A stretch of DNA of 63,752 nucleotides, counting the filler, from Choristocarpus tenellus KU-1152 (Eukaryota; Protista; Phaeophyceae), in assembly GCA_964200185.2 (NCBI GenBank). It is 11 parts of 11 records of this genome, joined end to end, with 100 filler letters (N's around TTAATTAATTAA, not from the genome) between each part and the next. Parts side by side here need not be neighbours in the genome. Positions count along the whole stretch, not along the records: positions 49,560 to 55,444 come from CAXNAD020009514.1; positions 55,545 to 61,037 come from CAXNAD020010614.1; positions 61,138 to 63,752 come from CAXNAD020026253.1; 8 more parts are not named here. One strand, written 5' to 3'. Under the pieces are notes generated by a model that saw only the letters and a program-made list of their open reading frames with translations, was not told the origin of the DNA and did not search any database. Shown in pieces: positions 49,796-63,710 of this stretch. Made by a program: the position numbers and the translations under genes. How positions within the stretch are numbered: position 1 is the stretch's first letter; the number at the start of each line of letters is the position of its first letter.

Positions 49796-49938
49796 ATTTG
49801 GGGTCCACTTTATCATGTATGTAACAATATTTGGGTGGTTTGGTTGCATGCGTCGGATGGATAATGAAACTGCAATTCTACTGGTGAGGGCCCAAATGGA
49901 CACCCTAGTGTAGACCCCCCCCCCAGATGCTTTGAACC
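49796..49938 (-). mobile_element. Type-A MITE, partial (another terminus at 49560-49578)
   Basis: Reverse-complement type-A body ending in CCCCAGATGCTTTGAACC. Confidence 0.85.
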
Positions 49939-51726
49939 AAAGGTGCCACGAAAAACCTTCAATAAACCCCACTGAAAACAACCTTCTGGAACCCCCTCTT
50001 AAAATCACTACTTTCCAAAAAAGGTTCCCAAAAAAGGTCAAGGTCCCTTCACGTTTGATGTGTATTATTCCTATTTTTGTGTTGACTAATTCCTTCTATA
50101 ATAATAGTAGTAATAATAGTGAGTTGTGAGTTGTGGTTGAAAGTAGTAGACTGACGAAGGTGTGTATCTATTTCTGATTTTAGTAAATTGTAGAAATATT
50201 CAATAAACCGAACTTTTTTTAGTTGGTTTTGATCTTATGATTATAATATGTTCAGGTTGTTTTGTCGGCTGTTCTCAATTAACTGGACTGAAGAAGAACT
50301 GAAGTTGATTGAAGTACTACTAATTGTTGTTGTTGGAATGGTCTACAACTCACAACCATCCAACAGTACAAATTTGAAAGTTGAAACCTAGAACTATAAA
50401 CTACGTACTAAAATTGAAACCAGAAGAACTAAAAATAGGTTTTTATATGTAAATTGATTTATTTCTCAAATTTCTGGAATTTCGAAGTTGGATCTCTATG
50501 AGAAAGAAGGAAAGAACTTGCACCCCCACACGCCGCCTTCTCGGTATGAACCTCGAGGAAAAAAATATATTTTCAACATGGTATAGCTACACAGTAGGAC
50601 AGAGACAGATCAAAAAAGAGAGGAGTGGAGAAAACTCACTGACCGTTGTTGCACAGATGACAGTGAGGAATATTGAAGATCGCCTGTAACGAACTACGAA
50701 CTCGTCTTAACACTTCTGTACTTCAAGAGGAAGTTGAGCGAAAGGGAAGGTTTTATTGCTCAAACCACCGCCTGAGTTGGATGGTCCGAGCACATCAGTT
50801 GTACCAGGTAGTATCTCCGCTACAGTCGTGCATCCAAACACACACTCTCTATTGGGTCCACATGCTCAGCTACCATTTCCTCATAACGGTTCAAGCTTAT
50901 CCTAGGTTAGCACACCTCGTTGTTTTCTTTGTTTCAAGTGTTGCATCGACTATTGCCTCCTTCGGCCTTGCGCAGGCCGTCCATTCCCTTGGTTCTTACA
51001 CACATTGATCTGAGGGGGAACGTGAAATCTTAAGTATGCCTATGATATACGGATCACTTATTGATGCTATGGATGCCTTGCCTCTCCCTATATTCATGAT
51101 GTCCTTCAAGTTTTGTCTCTCATTGTAAAGTTAACGGTACCGACAACGGTCAGGCACACAGTCAGACCGACAAGTATTCTCCCTTTGCTATATGAATACA
51201 TTGTTGATTGCGCCGCATAGCATAGGATTTTGGTCTACCAACTTCGATCTACGAACTTTAGAGTTGAAACCCTCAGTTCATATGTTGCGTTCTATTTACT
51301 TGCTTCTTCTGTCTCTACCAGAAACGATTGCCAACACAGTACCAGGATCTCTAGTCATATTTGTGATGGAAGGATTTCATCTGACACATTAGATTTCTCC
51401 TGAGATTTAAGATCAGTGCCATTCCAAGTTTCCTCGTTCTGGTTGTGATCGAAGCATTTTACCCGACCCACCCAGCTACAAAAGGCAATGAACATATTCA
51501 AGTCGCGTCGTTGTCAATCCCGCACTGGAAGGCCACTGGAGCTTAGTGTCCTTCGTGCAGCATCTTGTGTGGGACACTTCCTCAACATGCCGCTCGCCCC
51601 CCCTCCTTGAAAATCTCTAACCACGAAGTGAAAGTGGAGGACTCCAGCAAAGGTTCCGATGCTGCGGCTGTCACCAGTGCCCTTACCAGGGTGAGCGTGG
51701 TGGGTGACCCTGAACGGAGAGAGGGG

Positions 51727-54700
51727 ATGGCGGCCGAGCAATTGGAAGACATGTTGGAGGCAGCTGACTCAGGGGGTGATGAGGATAACCCCCCCCCCCA
51801 AAAGAAGCTCAAGGCCAGTCGGTGGAAGGCCGCCCACAAGGTGGCTCTGCTGCGGGAACTGGACGACAGAGAGACCAACCCTTTCATGATCCCTGCTAAT
51901 AGGGAGAGGACAGGACGCTGGTCCACCATTGCCCAACGTATCCGCCTGCTCAAGAAAGTGAAATACCGAACGGATGATGGAGAACGCATTGTACAAACGC
52001 CTGACTGGGACCTATTTGGGGTGAGATGTAGGTGCACATTTTGTATTCAGACACATTATACTGAGATAATTTCAAATGTATATAGACCAAAATTCCTTAT
52101 CACTGTTGGATCTTTCAGGCCACCCTCACTGCCCCCATTTTCAAACCTCTACTCCTTATCCTCCTTTCCATCCCTAGAAATTTTTGGAGAGAAGGAATAG
52201 ACATGGAGTAGTGCTTGTATAATGTTGCATACCTACTTGTATTGGAAATGTCGAAATATTGGATGGAGTTGATTTGCGAGATTATGAGGTGATACTTGCA
52301 AAATCTGTGAATCCGTGTGCTGAGTACCATCCAAGCAATGGGATTCCAATGAATATAATAGATATAGATACAAACACTAGCATGCAATGCTGTATGCCTG
52401 CCTCCCATCTACCAGTTAATATTTTTGTTGCTGTGAACGTTATTGGTTGCCTGTGCATGTCTGTTTTGTCTTATGACTGCCTGCAGTTGGATGGGGAGAA
52501 GTGCCGAGATGTCTTTAAAGCCATGCGTACTGGCTACACCAAGAGGGTCGGGGCAGAAGCAACTGTAAAGCGATCTGCAGTTCCATCTAGGGGAGGGGGT
52601 GACTCCAACGGAGAGGACTCAGAGCTGGTGAGTGACAAAAAAGGAGATCAGTTTTCTACTGTCTGGAGGCATGCGGTCAGTTGCTGTGCTCGCTGGATGG
52701 TGTGTGGGTGAGAAAGGGAAGTCTAGGTTGATGGGGGATGAAATCAATGATACAACAGTGGTGTGATTGTCAAGCGGATGATGAGTTCCATAATTATGTG
52801 AGAAAAAATAAGAGAGAAGGGTAGTTTTTGGATGTTTTGAGATGGCCCGAGTGTAAGTGAGAGTAATGGTTATAGTGGCTAGAGTGCCTTACAGTTGATT
52901 TGAGGTATGAATTGAGGCAGAAGTGACAGGATTTTTTTTGCTAGCACTACAGTGTGGTTCTCAGAGGCTACAGGTACAGGTAGAGTTGACTTGTTCGGCC
53001 TGTTCGACTGTGCTGATAATGATTGGTGTCCAGTATGTGTTTTGGTGTCGTTCGCTGAGAGTATGCAAACGATGGATTGATATGGATTGAAGCATGGTGC
53101 TTTTCTACTGCGGTCATGAGATGCACACTATCCTTCATGTCTTGATGGTTTCGAAATGTTCGAGATGCCTTGTGCTTGTCCTATTACAACATTTTGTGGA
53201 ACAATGACCTGAGCAATGATATCTCAACCTCAACCTTCAACTCCTCCACCCTACTATCTTGAATGGTTTTGTGTTGGTGTCTGATTTTGTGACCCCTCTA
53301 GTGGTGACGTGCTCAATTCCATGTGGAATTTGGGCCAACCATTTCTACTGCTTGTTTTTATCTAAATAGCCTCTACCTGCTAAAAATGCAACAACTGTGG
53401 TTTATTGCACTGATTATTCAGCAGAGTGTAGAGTGACCAATCTTCTTTGTCTTCAACTAAATTATTTTCATTCCAACCCTATGCAAAAACTTGATGCTTC
53501 TAGGAATATAGTCCTGTACAAGTGTCTGTTAGAACATTTGTCCCTACCTTCAGTTCTTGTTGAGTTGGGTGAAGAGCACAGAGGGGAGGGTGCAACAGAG
53601 GACAAAAAGGAGAGAGAGGAAGAGGAAGTTGGGTATGTTGTGTATGGCAAAGGGAATGATGAATCTAGTAGCTACAAGCTGCTCTAAAAGTATTAATGAT
53701 AAGTGACTCTTTCGGCCATATTCTGCCATTTTCAGTCTTTCTGTAGCATTCAATCTATGTCACAGATGTGATTCAGAATATAGAAAGCAGCAACAAATCA
53801 TGTATTATCTTATTGGAGTCATTAAAATGTTAAGTGGAAGCAGCTAGTGAATCAAAGAACTACCAAGGAGCAGCTTTCGCATCCCTGCTAAGACTTTTTA
53901 ATAGCCTTTAACCTGAACTCTGAATCCACGTACTCAATATCATGTCAGCGGAGCCTTACAAAGAAGGTGGTGCTCATGGTGGAGGCAATGGAGGAAGAAC
54001 GGAGCAAGATGGCTGTGAAAGGAAAACATTTTGCCGGTCCGAGCATCAGAGTGGAGAGAGAAGCCAAGGATAGTGAGGAGATTGATGTCACAACCACAGC
54101 TCCAATGGATGCTCCACAGGTTTTGGCAGCTGAAGTCCCACATGTTTCCCCCCGCCCAGACACAACCAGTGTAACATCCCAAACAGAGCGTAATGACAGC
54201 AGCAACACTGCGAAGCACCGTAGCCAGGGTAGCAGCCACATGGCCAGCCATGGAACCGGGGGAGGAAGTGGAAGCAAAGTTGGAGGAAGCATGAATGTGC
54301 ATGTGAGCAGCGGTGGTGTTGGACTATCCACAAGGCATGACAGAGTCTATGGATCTGGTGTGGGGGCTTCGCCTGCCTGGGGAGCGGGGGCACGCCAGGT
54401 TGGGGAAAGTGAGGCAGGGGTTTGGGGCGGGGTGGGATCTGGGAGCGATGCTTATCACCCCCCACCTTTCCGACAGGATAACCGTCTCATGGCAAATGAG
54501 ATTGGGGGTAGGGTCTTGGGGTCTGGGACGAGGGTTGGGCCTGGGGCTGGGATGAGTATGTGGCCTGGCCAGGGTGCAGGAGTGGGACCTAGGGGTAGAG
54601 GTAATGACTTGAGAAGGGGCAGTGGCAACCTTGCCCCACTAGATGTGGTGAGCCTGATGCAGGAGGCAGTGACCAAGGGGGGAAGTGGCACTGGGGAATG

Positions 54701-54962
54701 TGGGGAAAGCCAGGACCCAGGGCAACAACACACGATGCAGCAGCCATCGCTCAATGAGCAAATGATGCAGTTGCTGGACCACCTCTCACTTCAATTACAA
54801 GGAGTTGTATTCCAGCAGGGGCGCCAGGCCCATCAGATGCAGGTGCAGGGGCAACTGCTGCTCAAGTTCCAGGACCAGATGAAGCAACTAACAGGTATGG
54901 TTGAAGAGCAGAGGGAAGCATTGGCAAGCATGCTGCAACATCTCTCTGAAAAGGGTTCATGA
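51727..54962 (+). CDS. Myb/SANT-like (trihelix) DNA-binding protein with Gly-rich linker and Gln-rich C-terminal coiled coil; exons (51565 or 51727)-52020, 52487-52627, 53949-54962
   Basis: RWKAAHKVALLREL...RWSTIAQRI.../LDGEKCRDVFKAM pattern; two phase-0 GT-AG introns join in frame; start uncertain. Confidence 0.7.
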
Positions 54963-55554
54963 AAACAAGAGCAATCACTCCTCCCTCTCCATCCCATTCC
55001 GTAATTCTTGCCACTGTCCTTGTGGAGAATTAATTTAGGGAGGAAGCAACTGTACTACGAAAGCACTTGATTTGTTCCTATGTGATCCAGTACACCTCTG
55101 GACACTGTTTTATTGCTTGTGAGTTGTCGGAATTTGATTTCGTTGCAACACCAAACTGAACGTAGAGATAGGGCTGGGGATTTTACAGAGTGGAATCACA
55201 GCTGGCAGTTACATGTACAAGAGTACCAATAACAATTGTTGGGCGGAAAGGATAACCACAGTGGTGATAAAAACTACATAGGATTGTCAACGGTCATACC
55301 AATTAAACTGTTGTTTGTTGTGTACATGTACCAAGGTATTGTGGCTGGTGTGGTGTACATATGTACATATGGGGATAGGTTGAGGGGGGGTGACATTTTT
55401 TCTCAAACTCCCAGGTTGTGGATATCCCCCTCCCCCCCTCTGTCNNNNNNNNNNNNNNNNNNNNNNNNNNNNNNNNNNNNNNNNNNNNTTAATTAATTAA
55501 NNNNNNNNNNNNNNNNNNNNNNNNNNNNNNNNNNNNNNNNNNNNAGGGAGGTCA

Positions 55555-55725
55555 GGGGGGGGGCGGGGGGGGGGGGGGGGTCTACACCAGGGTGTCCATT
55601 CAGGCCCTGACTAGGAGACGTGAACTGACATTATCCATCCAAAACATGCAACCAAAACACCCAAAAATCGCGACATGGAAAGATTAATGCACCGCCGCCA
55701 CCCACCCACCCAGATACTTTGAGCC
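55555..55725 (+). mobile_element. Type-A MITE (contig start)
   Basis: G-run+GTCTACACCAGGGTGTCCATTCAGG...CCCAGATACTTTGAGCC. Confidence 0.88.
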
Positions 55726-56215
55726 AAAAGGAGGGTGCGCGTAAACGAGAGAGTAAGGCTGAGAGGATATATCGCATCCTGAGCCATACTGTATTGTATC
55801 TCCTTAGAGCTCTACATCCCTCATCCTGGCATTAGCACGCACACGTGTGTGTGTGTGTGTGTATATGTTGAAACTTCGAAAGAGGATAAAAATGAGACCT
55901 AAAAGGAGCTCAAACAAAAATTCAAATATAACTCATTATGGTCTCATGCCCTGCCCCAACCTCTCGCTTTTCCTTAGACCAAAACTCTTGATAGATTAAT
56001 CAACAAAGTTGGACAGCACCATGTAATGGCTGATGCATGATCTAGCAAAAGCACCACGCCATACATCAATAAACCCTTCATCTGTTGACCAATTTTCTTG
56101 TGGTGCCTGCCAAAAACACAGCATAATGAAGACTTCCCACTAAGATCTCAGTCTAACACAATTACACACGACAAACTTATCATCGACAATTTGATAAGCA
56201 GCTCAAGACTCGGCT

Positions 56216-59200
56216 TCATGGATCACTTAAGCACTCAGTCGTCCTCACCTGATCATGACTGGACTCCCCTAGCTCGTTGCCATCGTCCATGAAGAACTGG
56301 GCAACTGCTGCATCTAATGGGCCTCCTCCAACACCACCCCAATCCACTGTATCAGGGTCTGCATTATCGCCAACCTCCACTGCCACCTCTGCCACACCTT
56401 CATCTCTGGCTCCTGCCACGCCTCCAACTCCCGCCCCTACTCCTAGCCCAACCCCTGGTTCCAAAAGTCCACGCAAATCTCTGAGAAGGTCCTTTGACGA
56501 TCCCATGTTTCTGCTGTTCCTGTCCCCTACGCCAATGCCGCCAGTTTCGAAACGAGGTCTGGCACCAATACTGTTTGTGTATGGTTCAGAATGGAGCAGG
56601 GAATGTAAATTCTACTACTGGGAGTCAGTTTCAGCTGCAATAGCTATACTACTACTACTATTAATAGTAAGTGCATTAAACTAATTAAGACTTCTGGTTG
56701 TGAAGTTCGGGATTATGCTTGTAGAGCTACGTAAATTATATCATGATCTTCTGGAAAATTGAATGTGTTGATCAGTTATCACTACATGGGGGGAGGTTTG
56801 GCATTAATTGTCGAATGTAGGGAGTAACAAATACTCTATATATTATCATGTCCGACATTTTGCAGATGGGTCGGGAGGGGGTGGGAAACCGAGACCAAGA
56901 CTCTGTGATAAGGACTAGTGTATTCTTAGAAGTATAAGACTGTAACTAAGGAGTGTGAGAGTTCCCTGGAAGTAAAATTACTACTACATATATCGATTTT
57001 TCTGGTGCGTGTTTTGAATATTGTAATGTTGACCCACGTGGTTGGCATCGTGTTTAATTAGATGGGGTACGGTTTATTAAATAAGGAGCAATTATAGTAG
57101 TGCGCAGAACAGTATGGATACGAAATGAACAGTTCAGAGTATAAATTCAGTATCAAACGATGTAGAGGTGGAAAGTTTTGGGCGACTCGGTAGGCAAGTG
57201 GAATTTTTTCTGGATGAGTTGGCTACGCACATGTGGTAGGGGGAAGAGGGGCAGGAGGCTATAGCAGGAAAGGGGCTATCAAATCCCGTCTACAACATAT
57301 CGTATCTGTCACAACATGAGTAGCTATATCTAGACGTGTCATGCGTTTTAAGCTGGAGACGCCTGGGAGATGGGCAAGGGGGGGCTTGTTAGATTCTTGG
57401 GATGCTTCCCTAGCTCCTCACATTGGGTTGCAGGACTAAGCTAGGTTGGAGGCACAGAAGGGCAACCATGTAGCATAGCTGTTAGTAAAATAGTAAATAG
57501 AAAAATGCCTTCCACACTTACGAAAACTGTTACTTTCTTAGAGGTTATTCTGATATTTGAATGGTTTTCCATTTGTTTTCCCCCTGATACATCTGTAAAA
57601 ATAGTAATAATATCAGAGGGCATAATAATACAAATGAAGAAGTCATCACCAATATTCTAACGGAAGATGTAAAAAAAAACGTAATCGCTTGGCCCTAAAA
57701 CGGCCCCTGTTTGTGTGAAGAAATTGGGAATTTTCCCGATCAGTATGTGACCCACGTCAAAACACCCTCTGCTTACACAACAAGCCCTGATTTAAAACAG
57801 GCAGGTCTTGTGGGTCTGCTCTAGGTAAAAAGTAAACTCAGGAATCTGTCAATCTACTCACAGCATCGGATACTTTTCATAACCTGGGGTGAGTTTTCAA
57901 TGCATTAATTAATCACATTTATGTAGTCTGTCTCAAATAGTTATTTCTCCAGTTAAAATAATAAGATAGTTTTCCATTGGCTTAAAGTATCTGGGAGGGG
58001 TGGTGGCTGTCCATTTGGGGTCAATTTTTTGTTGTCGCGATTTTTGTGTGATTTGGTTGCATACGTCGGATGGATAATGTAAATACACCTTTCCTGATTT
58101 TGGTCCAAATGGACACCCTGGTGTAGATCCCCTCCCCACACACAGATACTTCGGGTCATTACATTTTACTCCTACTACTTCAAAATGTTTTTAACAAAGA
58201 ACAACATGAGATACTGGCTACACGGAAGTATGCACCCTGCACATATATGGCCACTGCTATGAACGCAAGTCTTGTCGAGGTATGATGTGGGGATGGCATG
58301 TATTTCAAGGTTTTGCATCTCCCAGGGCGTTGGAAACCCCACTATATGAGATCGCACATTAGGCTGAGGTGGAGATGCAGAAAGAGAAGTGCCTTCTCTG
58401 GACTCTCTACACACTCAATGTTACCCTACAATATATCAACCCACACCTTCGCGTCCATTTCACTCTGCATGCCACAAAGTACTGAACTTCAAACTATTCA
58501 TATGGTAATCAATACAGAATTGGCAGGTATGTAAGACAGAACGATATAATCCGCGAGCCTCTTCCTGTGCTTTCAAGCAGTGATCAATTTTGAACATTAA
58601 ACTGGCACCTATAAAAAAAAAATGGTAGCAGTATATACTGCATCACAGTATATATATATATCGCAGGATGTAGGACATATATCAGCAGAGAAGGTCCCTA
58701 AGGACTTCCTTCACAATTTTCTTACCGGTAGCCCCCATCCATTAAAGCAGTGTGTCGAGGCAGGTTCAGCGAAGCTGGTCGAGAAACACCGAGCTGCCTT
58801 AAATGCGACATGGGTGCTATAGATTCTTCACCGGGAAGGTGAGTCTGTGCTACATCCATCCAGCCGCGCCTGCTCAAAGAGGGATCATGGAAATAATATT
58901 GGAGAGGAGGATTGAGTGCTTAAAATAGGGCTGTTCATGAATGCAGATTTAGGAACACAAAGTGGGTCTAAAACTGCATGGGACGCCCATTATTGCGAAA
59001 AAATGGAATATCTCACAAACAAATATAGGAGGGCTGACAGGTCGATATTAGGTGTAAGTTATCGCTGACGGCATGGGCTAATCAAACCTACCACCGTCGG
59101 CTTCTTTCACAGCCATAATGTATCGCCAAACTAAACCTCAACCCCATTTACATCTCTGGGAAACATGCCGATCAATACAAGAAATACCGTATTTCCACGT

Positions 59201-60712
59201 ACTAAGAAATCTTTAATGGTTGGCGGAGCTGTATGTTCATACGATATTTCCTGCTGTCTGAAGTTATTTAACACAGCATACCGTCAACAGTCTCCTGTGT
59301 CGTCATACCATACTATTGACTAAACAATCACAAGTAGTATGTCAATGAATGATGTCTACAGTATATATCCAAAGTTGTCTCTACCTCACAAGCGACATTA
59401 CGAAAAAAGATACAGTAATATCATTAACCCACAGTTACTAATGGCTTCCTCCTCATATTGCCTTATCATTAATAATGAGAATGTAATCACATGGATCGAT
59501 CACAAACGGTGAGAAGGTGTGCTCTGTAAGATGGGGGAAGTGAGGGTTGACAGGGTCATGAGAGGATTAAGGTATTTTTCGAGATATATATTACCTGTTC
59601 ACCAGGAATATACAACATGCGCGTAGTTCATATATCAAAACATCTATCTTTGCATATTCAACCCAACTTTACATGGGGAAGAAAAACACTCCCTTCAGGT
59701 TATCATAATCCCATCCACTTGCAGATCATCAATCAAGGTCCTCACCTCAGCTGGGCTGCCGCCTCTTCACCAGCCTTGGAGCGGTACTTGTCAAGTTGCT
59801 GTTGGAACTTCCTGGCCTGGATCATATCCTTAGACCAAAAAGAGTTCTCCGATTTTATCTGAAAGACAATTATATAAATATATATTCACACATACGCAAT
59901 GTGAGGTGTAGAACAGAAAAGCACAATGCGAAGGGTAGTTAAAGGGAATTGTGAACAGGTGGGGAGGAAGGGATGCAATAATCTACTTTTTTGATGGGCC
60001 TGCAGATATGACTTGTTTACTGTCTATGAATGTTTGCCCGATTGCTACCAGAGATCTTTGCTCAGCAAGAAGTAGAGCTAATGGGCATCTACAGCATTGA
60101 GCAGCGGTGTGTGTGAAACAAAACAATGGAAAGGAAGCATCATGAATGAAAGTCGAGCGAAACCAGAGCCCCAACTCTATCCCAAATCACCAACAAACCA
60201 AAACCTGTTACAATACCCCACCCCCCATCGTAAATTGTCAGCATACAGCACCACACGCAACTAAAAACTGATTATACTACTAGTAACTAGAGTACAGTAT
60301 ATCGTGAGGAAAACCTCAAGTCGATTAGTCTAAATATTGTGATGACATCAGAGACGAAAAAAATCCATAATTGGATTGTTAGTTTATCATAGTAAGCGAC
60401 ACAAGAACAAAAATGAAACGATGACCCTTACCACCTATGATAAAAGCAACACAAAAAGACATTTTTTTCACCAAACCTACAAGCAACAAGGTAACACCTA
60501 CACCCACTGCGGCAAAACCATGCATCACAAGGAAGAGAGGTCAGAAATACTCTGGATTACAATCCATATTTTGGTACGTTATCAAAGGAGGAGGCACTTG
60601 CCGGCACAACTTCCTTCAGCCAGAACAGGAGGACGCCAGATATGTAGATGCTGACAATGTTCACAAGCGTAAGGGCCATGCTGAACGCACCCGTCTCCCA
60701 GAAAAAGTTGGT
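56216..60712 (-). CDS. DUF389-like membrane protein, C-terminal part; exons 60712-60602, 59858-59746, 58869-58726, 56570-(56249 or 56216)
   Basis: Spliced frame GAFSMALTLVNIVSIYISGVLLFWLKEVVP/IKSENSFWSKDMIQAR resembles the LTxVNIhxI...KEVxP...FWxxD...R tail of eukaryotic DUF389 proteins; intron phases 0, 2, 2 are consistent. Confidence 0.75.
57979..58157 (-). mobile_element. Type-A MITE, complete, intronic
   Basis: GGCTTAAAGTATCTGGG ... CAGATACTTCGGGTC; ATT on both flanks. Confidence 0.92.
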
Positions 60713-62411
60713 CTTCACAGGTTATTCGAACACCAGTGATATAAAAGGCACGGCGAATGATCAAGAACAAGAAACAAAGAGCGGCCCATGGGAAGAGAAA
60801 AATTGCAGGGTGAGAGGGGTGAGGATGGGGGAAAGATTAGGATTGACTTGATACTCTCACATAGATGTAGTCCTGAAAAACGTGGTAATCAATAGTTGAG
60901 TCAATGCTCATTGTGGGAACGGAGTAATTTGCTTGCAAGCAGTTGCAACTTGTGATGAGAGGGGCTTGGCCTTTTTCGAGACAAGTCTATATCCTAATGG
61001 TTATCAGGCCATTCTGTGTCAAAGTGTCTGGGGGGGGNNNNNNNNNNNNNNNNNNNNNNNNNNNNNNNNNNNNNNNNNNNNTTAATTAATTAANNNNNNN
61101 NNNNNNNNNNNNNNNNNNNNNNNNNNNNNNNNNNNNNGTTGTTTTGTTTTGGTGGGGGGGGTAGGTTGGTTTTTTTGGGGGGTGTGGGGGGGGGGGGGGG
61201 GGGGGGGGGGGGCAAAGCCTAGTTTACGGTAGAGATGGCGAAAAGACTTGGCCTGTGAAGGCAAAACGTGTTCGAAAGGAAGGTACTGGGTGCTTTACAA
61301 GGTGTTTGTCTTCCTGATGCTGTGGAAAAATCTTGTTTGGGTGTGTTATCGATCCATCTCCACGTTCTCTTGATGTGTATGTTTTGGGTATTGGTTCCTA
61401 GTGAGTCGGTTCCTTGCCTCATTTCCTCATGTGGAAAAAAACGGAGTGTCAGGGGAGGGCCACTCCTGTCATCAAACTATTTTTTGAGGATTCGCTTTAT
61501 ATTTTTTCTCAGGCGGTTACGTAAGCGGTTACGTAAGACCCTGCGCCAGGTCCCTGAGTACGGTAACGCTGCCACTCTTTTTCGTGTCGAGAAGCGTTTT
61601 TTTTTTTTATTAGCCTTGTGAAAAGAAAAAATAAATGAACACAACATATTTTTGTGCCAGCTGTGGCAAGGAGGGGTCAAGCAGGAAGAAGCCTACCTGA
61701 GGCTTCTATTGCACCTGTTTCCTTCTCAACGGGAGTGCATCGGCTTATGTGCTGTTATTCACCAATACCGTAAGGCACAAAAGTGATTGCATGACCTCTA
61801 GAAACCACAGTGGTCGCACAAGACAATGGTGTGTAGTTCACCATGGCCATGGGTGACTGGATGGAACCATGCGAGGGATGTAGAGCCGTATTTCTTGGGG
61901 CTGATACTGCAAGATGGGAGAACATTTTTTCAGTTTTTTTTTTTTTTTTTTAAACGTATGACCTTTCAAATCAAGGAGTTGTTTGTGTAGAAGTCTCGAT
62001 GACGCCTTCATCTACACCACAGCTGCTCGTGGCAACATGCTGCCTTCTTAGAATTTTCTTGCTCTTTTTGCTTTGGCTCGTACATTTCCTCTTCAATCTT
62101 AGGAACTGCTTCCTGCCTTGATATGCTGATGAAGATAGTATAATGATATTTTTTCGATATTGAAAGAGTTGATTCTATCTGATGGAGGATTTTGTACACC
62201 CAGTGTATTCTTTTGGCTGATTGTGGCATCTGTGCTATTCTTAACCCATGACTCAGACCTTTCCCTCTCAATCTCATCTCTTTAATCTCCTTTTGTTCTT
62301 GGTATAATACATCTTATTTCTAAATTGGCATGTACTCCTCCCTTTGTACATATCACTGACCAGAGCCTTGAAACTGCTCTCTCCGTGGAACCCTTGTTTG
62401 GCCCTCACCAG

Positions 62412-62670
62412 CTACTGGACATTTGTGCTGATGAGCCTCCTACGAGACTACAAGGGAGACCTCTCTATCCGCGATATGAGCAACATGACTGCAATAAAGA
62501 CAGAGGACATCATCAGCACCCTCCAGTCGCTCAACCTAATCAAGTACTGGAAGGGGCAGCACATCATTGCTGTGTCCAAAAAGACGATTGAAGAATGCCT
62601 CAATGGCAACAACAACAACCGCTTGAAGCTCTGCAAGCCAGAGTGCTTGACCTGGCCTGTTGAACGATGA
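62412..62670 (+). CDS. MYST-family histone acetyltransferase (MOF/Esa1/Tip60-like), last exon
   Basis: After a CAG acceptor: (S)[10 protein letters not shown]...[36 protein letters not shown]...CLTWP, the conserved MYST C-terminus. Confidence 0.92.
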
Positions 62671-63710
62671 CTTGGTATAAACAGCAGCATGATCCCTATC
62701 GCACAAATCTCTGTTTATTTTCATGATTCATATTTCATGCGTTGCCGGAGAAGAGTCCGTTGAACACAACCTCGAGGGCTAGAGTGTCTTTTGCTGGAAA
62801 TATGGAGTGGGTGACTCGTTTTTGTGCCCCTTACTATGATATGATAGTCCATTTGTTGTATAAGGGCTACCCTGTCGTTTTGATTACTTATCCTTGGCAA
62901 AGTTTCTTCTGCTCATAACACAGCATGTCACGCTATTTTTCATTTTTGGGTATCAGCCTTTCTCTTAGTAAGAGGGTAGGGACATGCCAGTTACAATCTG
63001 CTGGCAACCTTTCTTGCACAAGATAAGAGCTCGAGTCCTCTTTGCTTGTGAAATGCACTACTCAAATGTCTTTGACATTCTTCAAACATGAATCTTTTTG
63101 AGCCAAACCAATTGAGAGATAGACTGGTTTGGACCCTTTGCATTCCAAGTAATTTTTTTTTTTCTGACCCCGTGCAAAACACTCTACCATTGTTTAATGT
63201 CCAAAATAGTGTATGCAAAATTGATATGCCAACTTTCTATGCACAAAAAGTGACGCACAATTCAGCAAAGGCTCGTTCTCAAATTGTACAAATCTTTTTT
63301 CCCTTACTTGGGATCCTTAATATGCAAGCGGCTCTGCCTACCTCTAGTTGGTTTGACTCTTTTGTCGTGCAAGTAGGCCTTCCTCAAGTCAATTGATAAT
63401 CTCAAGAGAATGTGGATCCTTAAGCAAGCATTCTTTCACTTGACCCATGCAGAGTACTGGGGTGAGCACTAGGTGCTCAGAGGAATGCCTCCTGTCATCA
63501 ACGCTTCTGGTGACAGAGAGGATATACTATCATTGCATAGATGTCACATATGACCTAAATTACGCATCAGGATTTCCATTCCACTGTTCAACTGGAACAT
63601 AACAATACTGATAACAATACAGAGATTCTTGGGATGCTTCCCTAGGACCTCACTCTGGGGTACAGGAATAGGTTTCAGACACAGGAAGGCAGTAATACAA
63701 CATTGATAGT

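Noticed and set aside
50650-51200. Transposase relic next to the Myb-like gene (similar impressions at 14576-14941 and 46900-47600)
   Set aside because: Only vague resemblance; no catalytic motif could be identified
2683-61137. Recurrent TTAATTAATTAA motif, and gene neighbourhoods across it
   Set aside because: Artificial concatenation linker flanked by Ns; genes in different contigs are not a cluster
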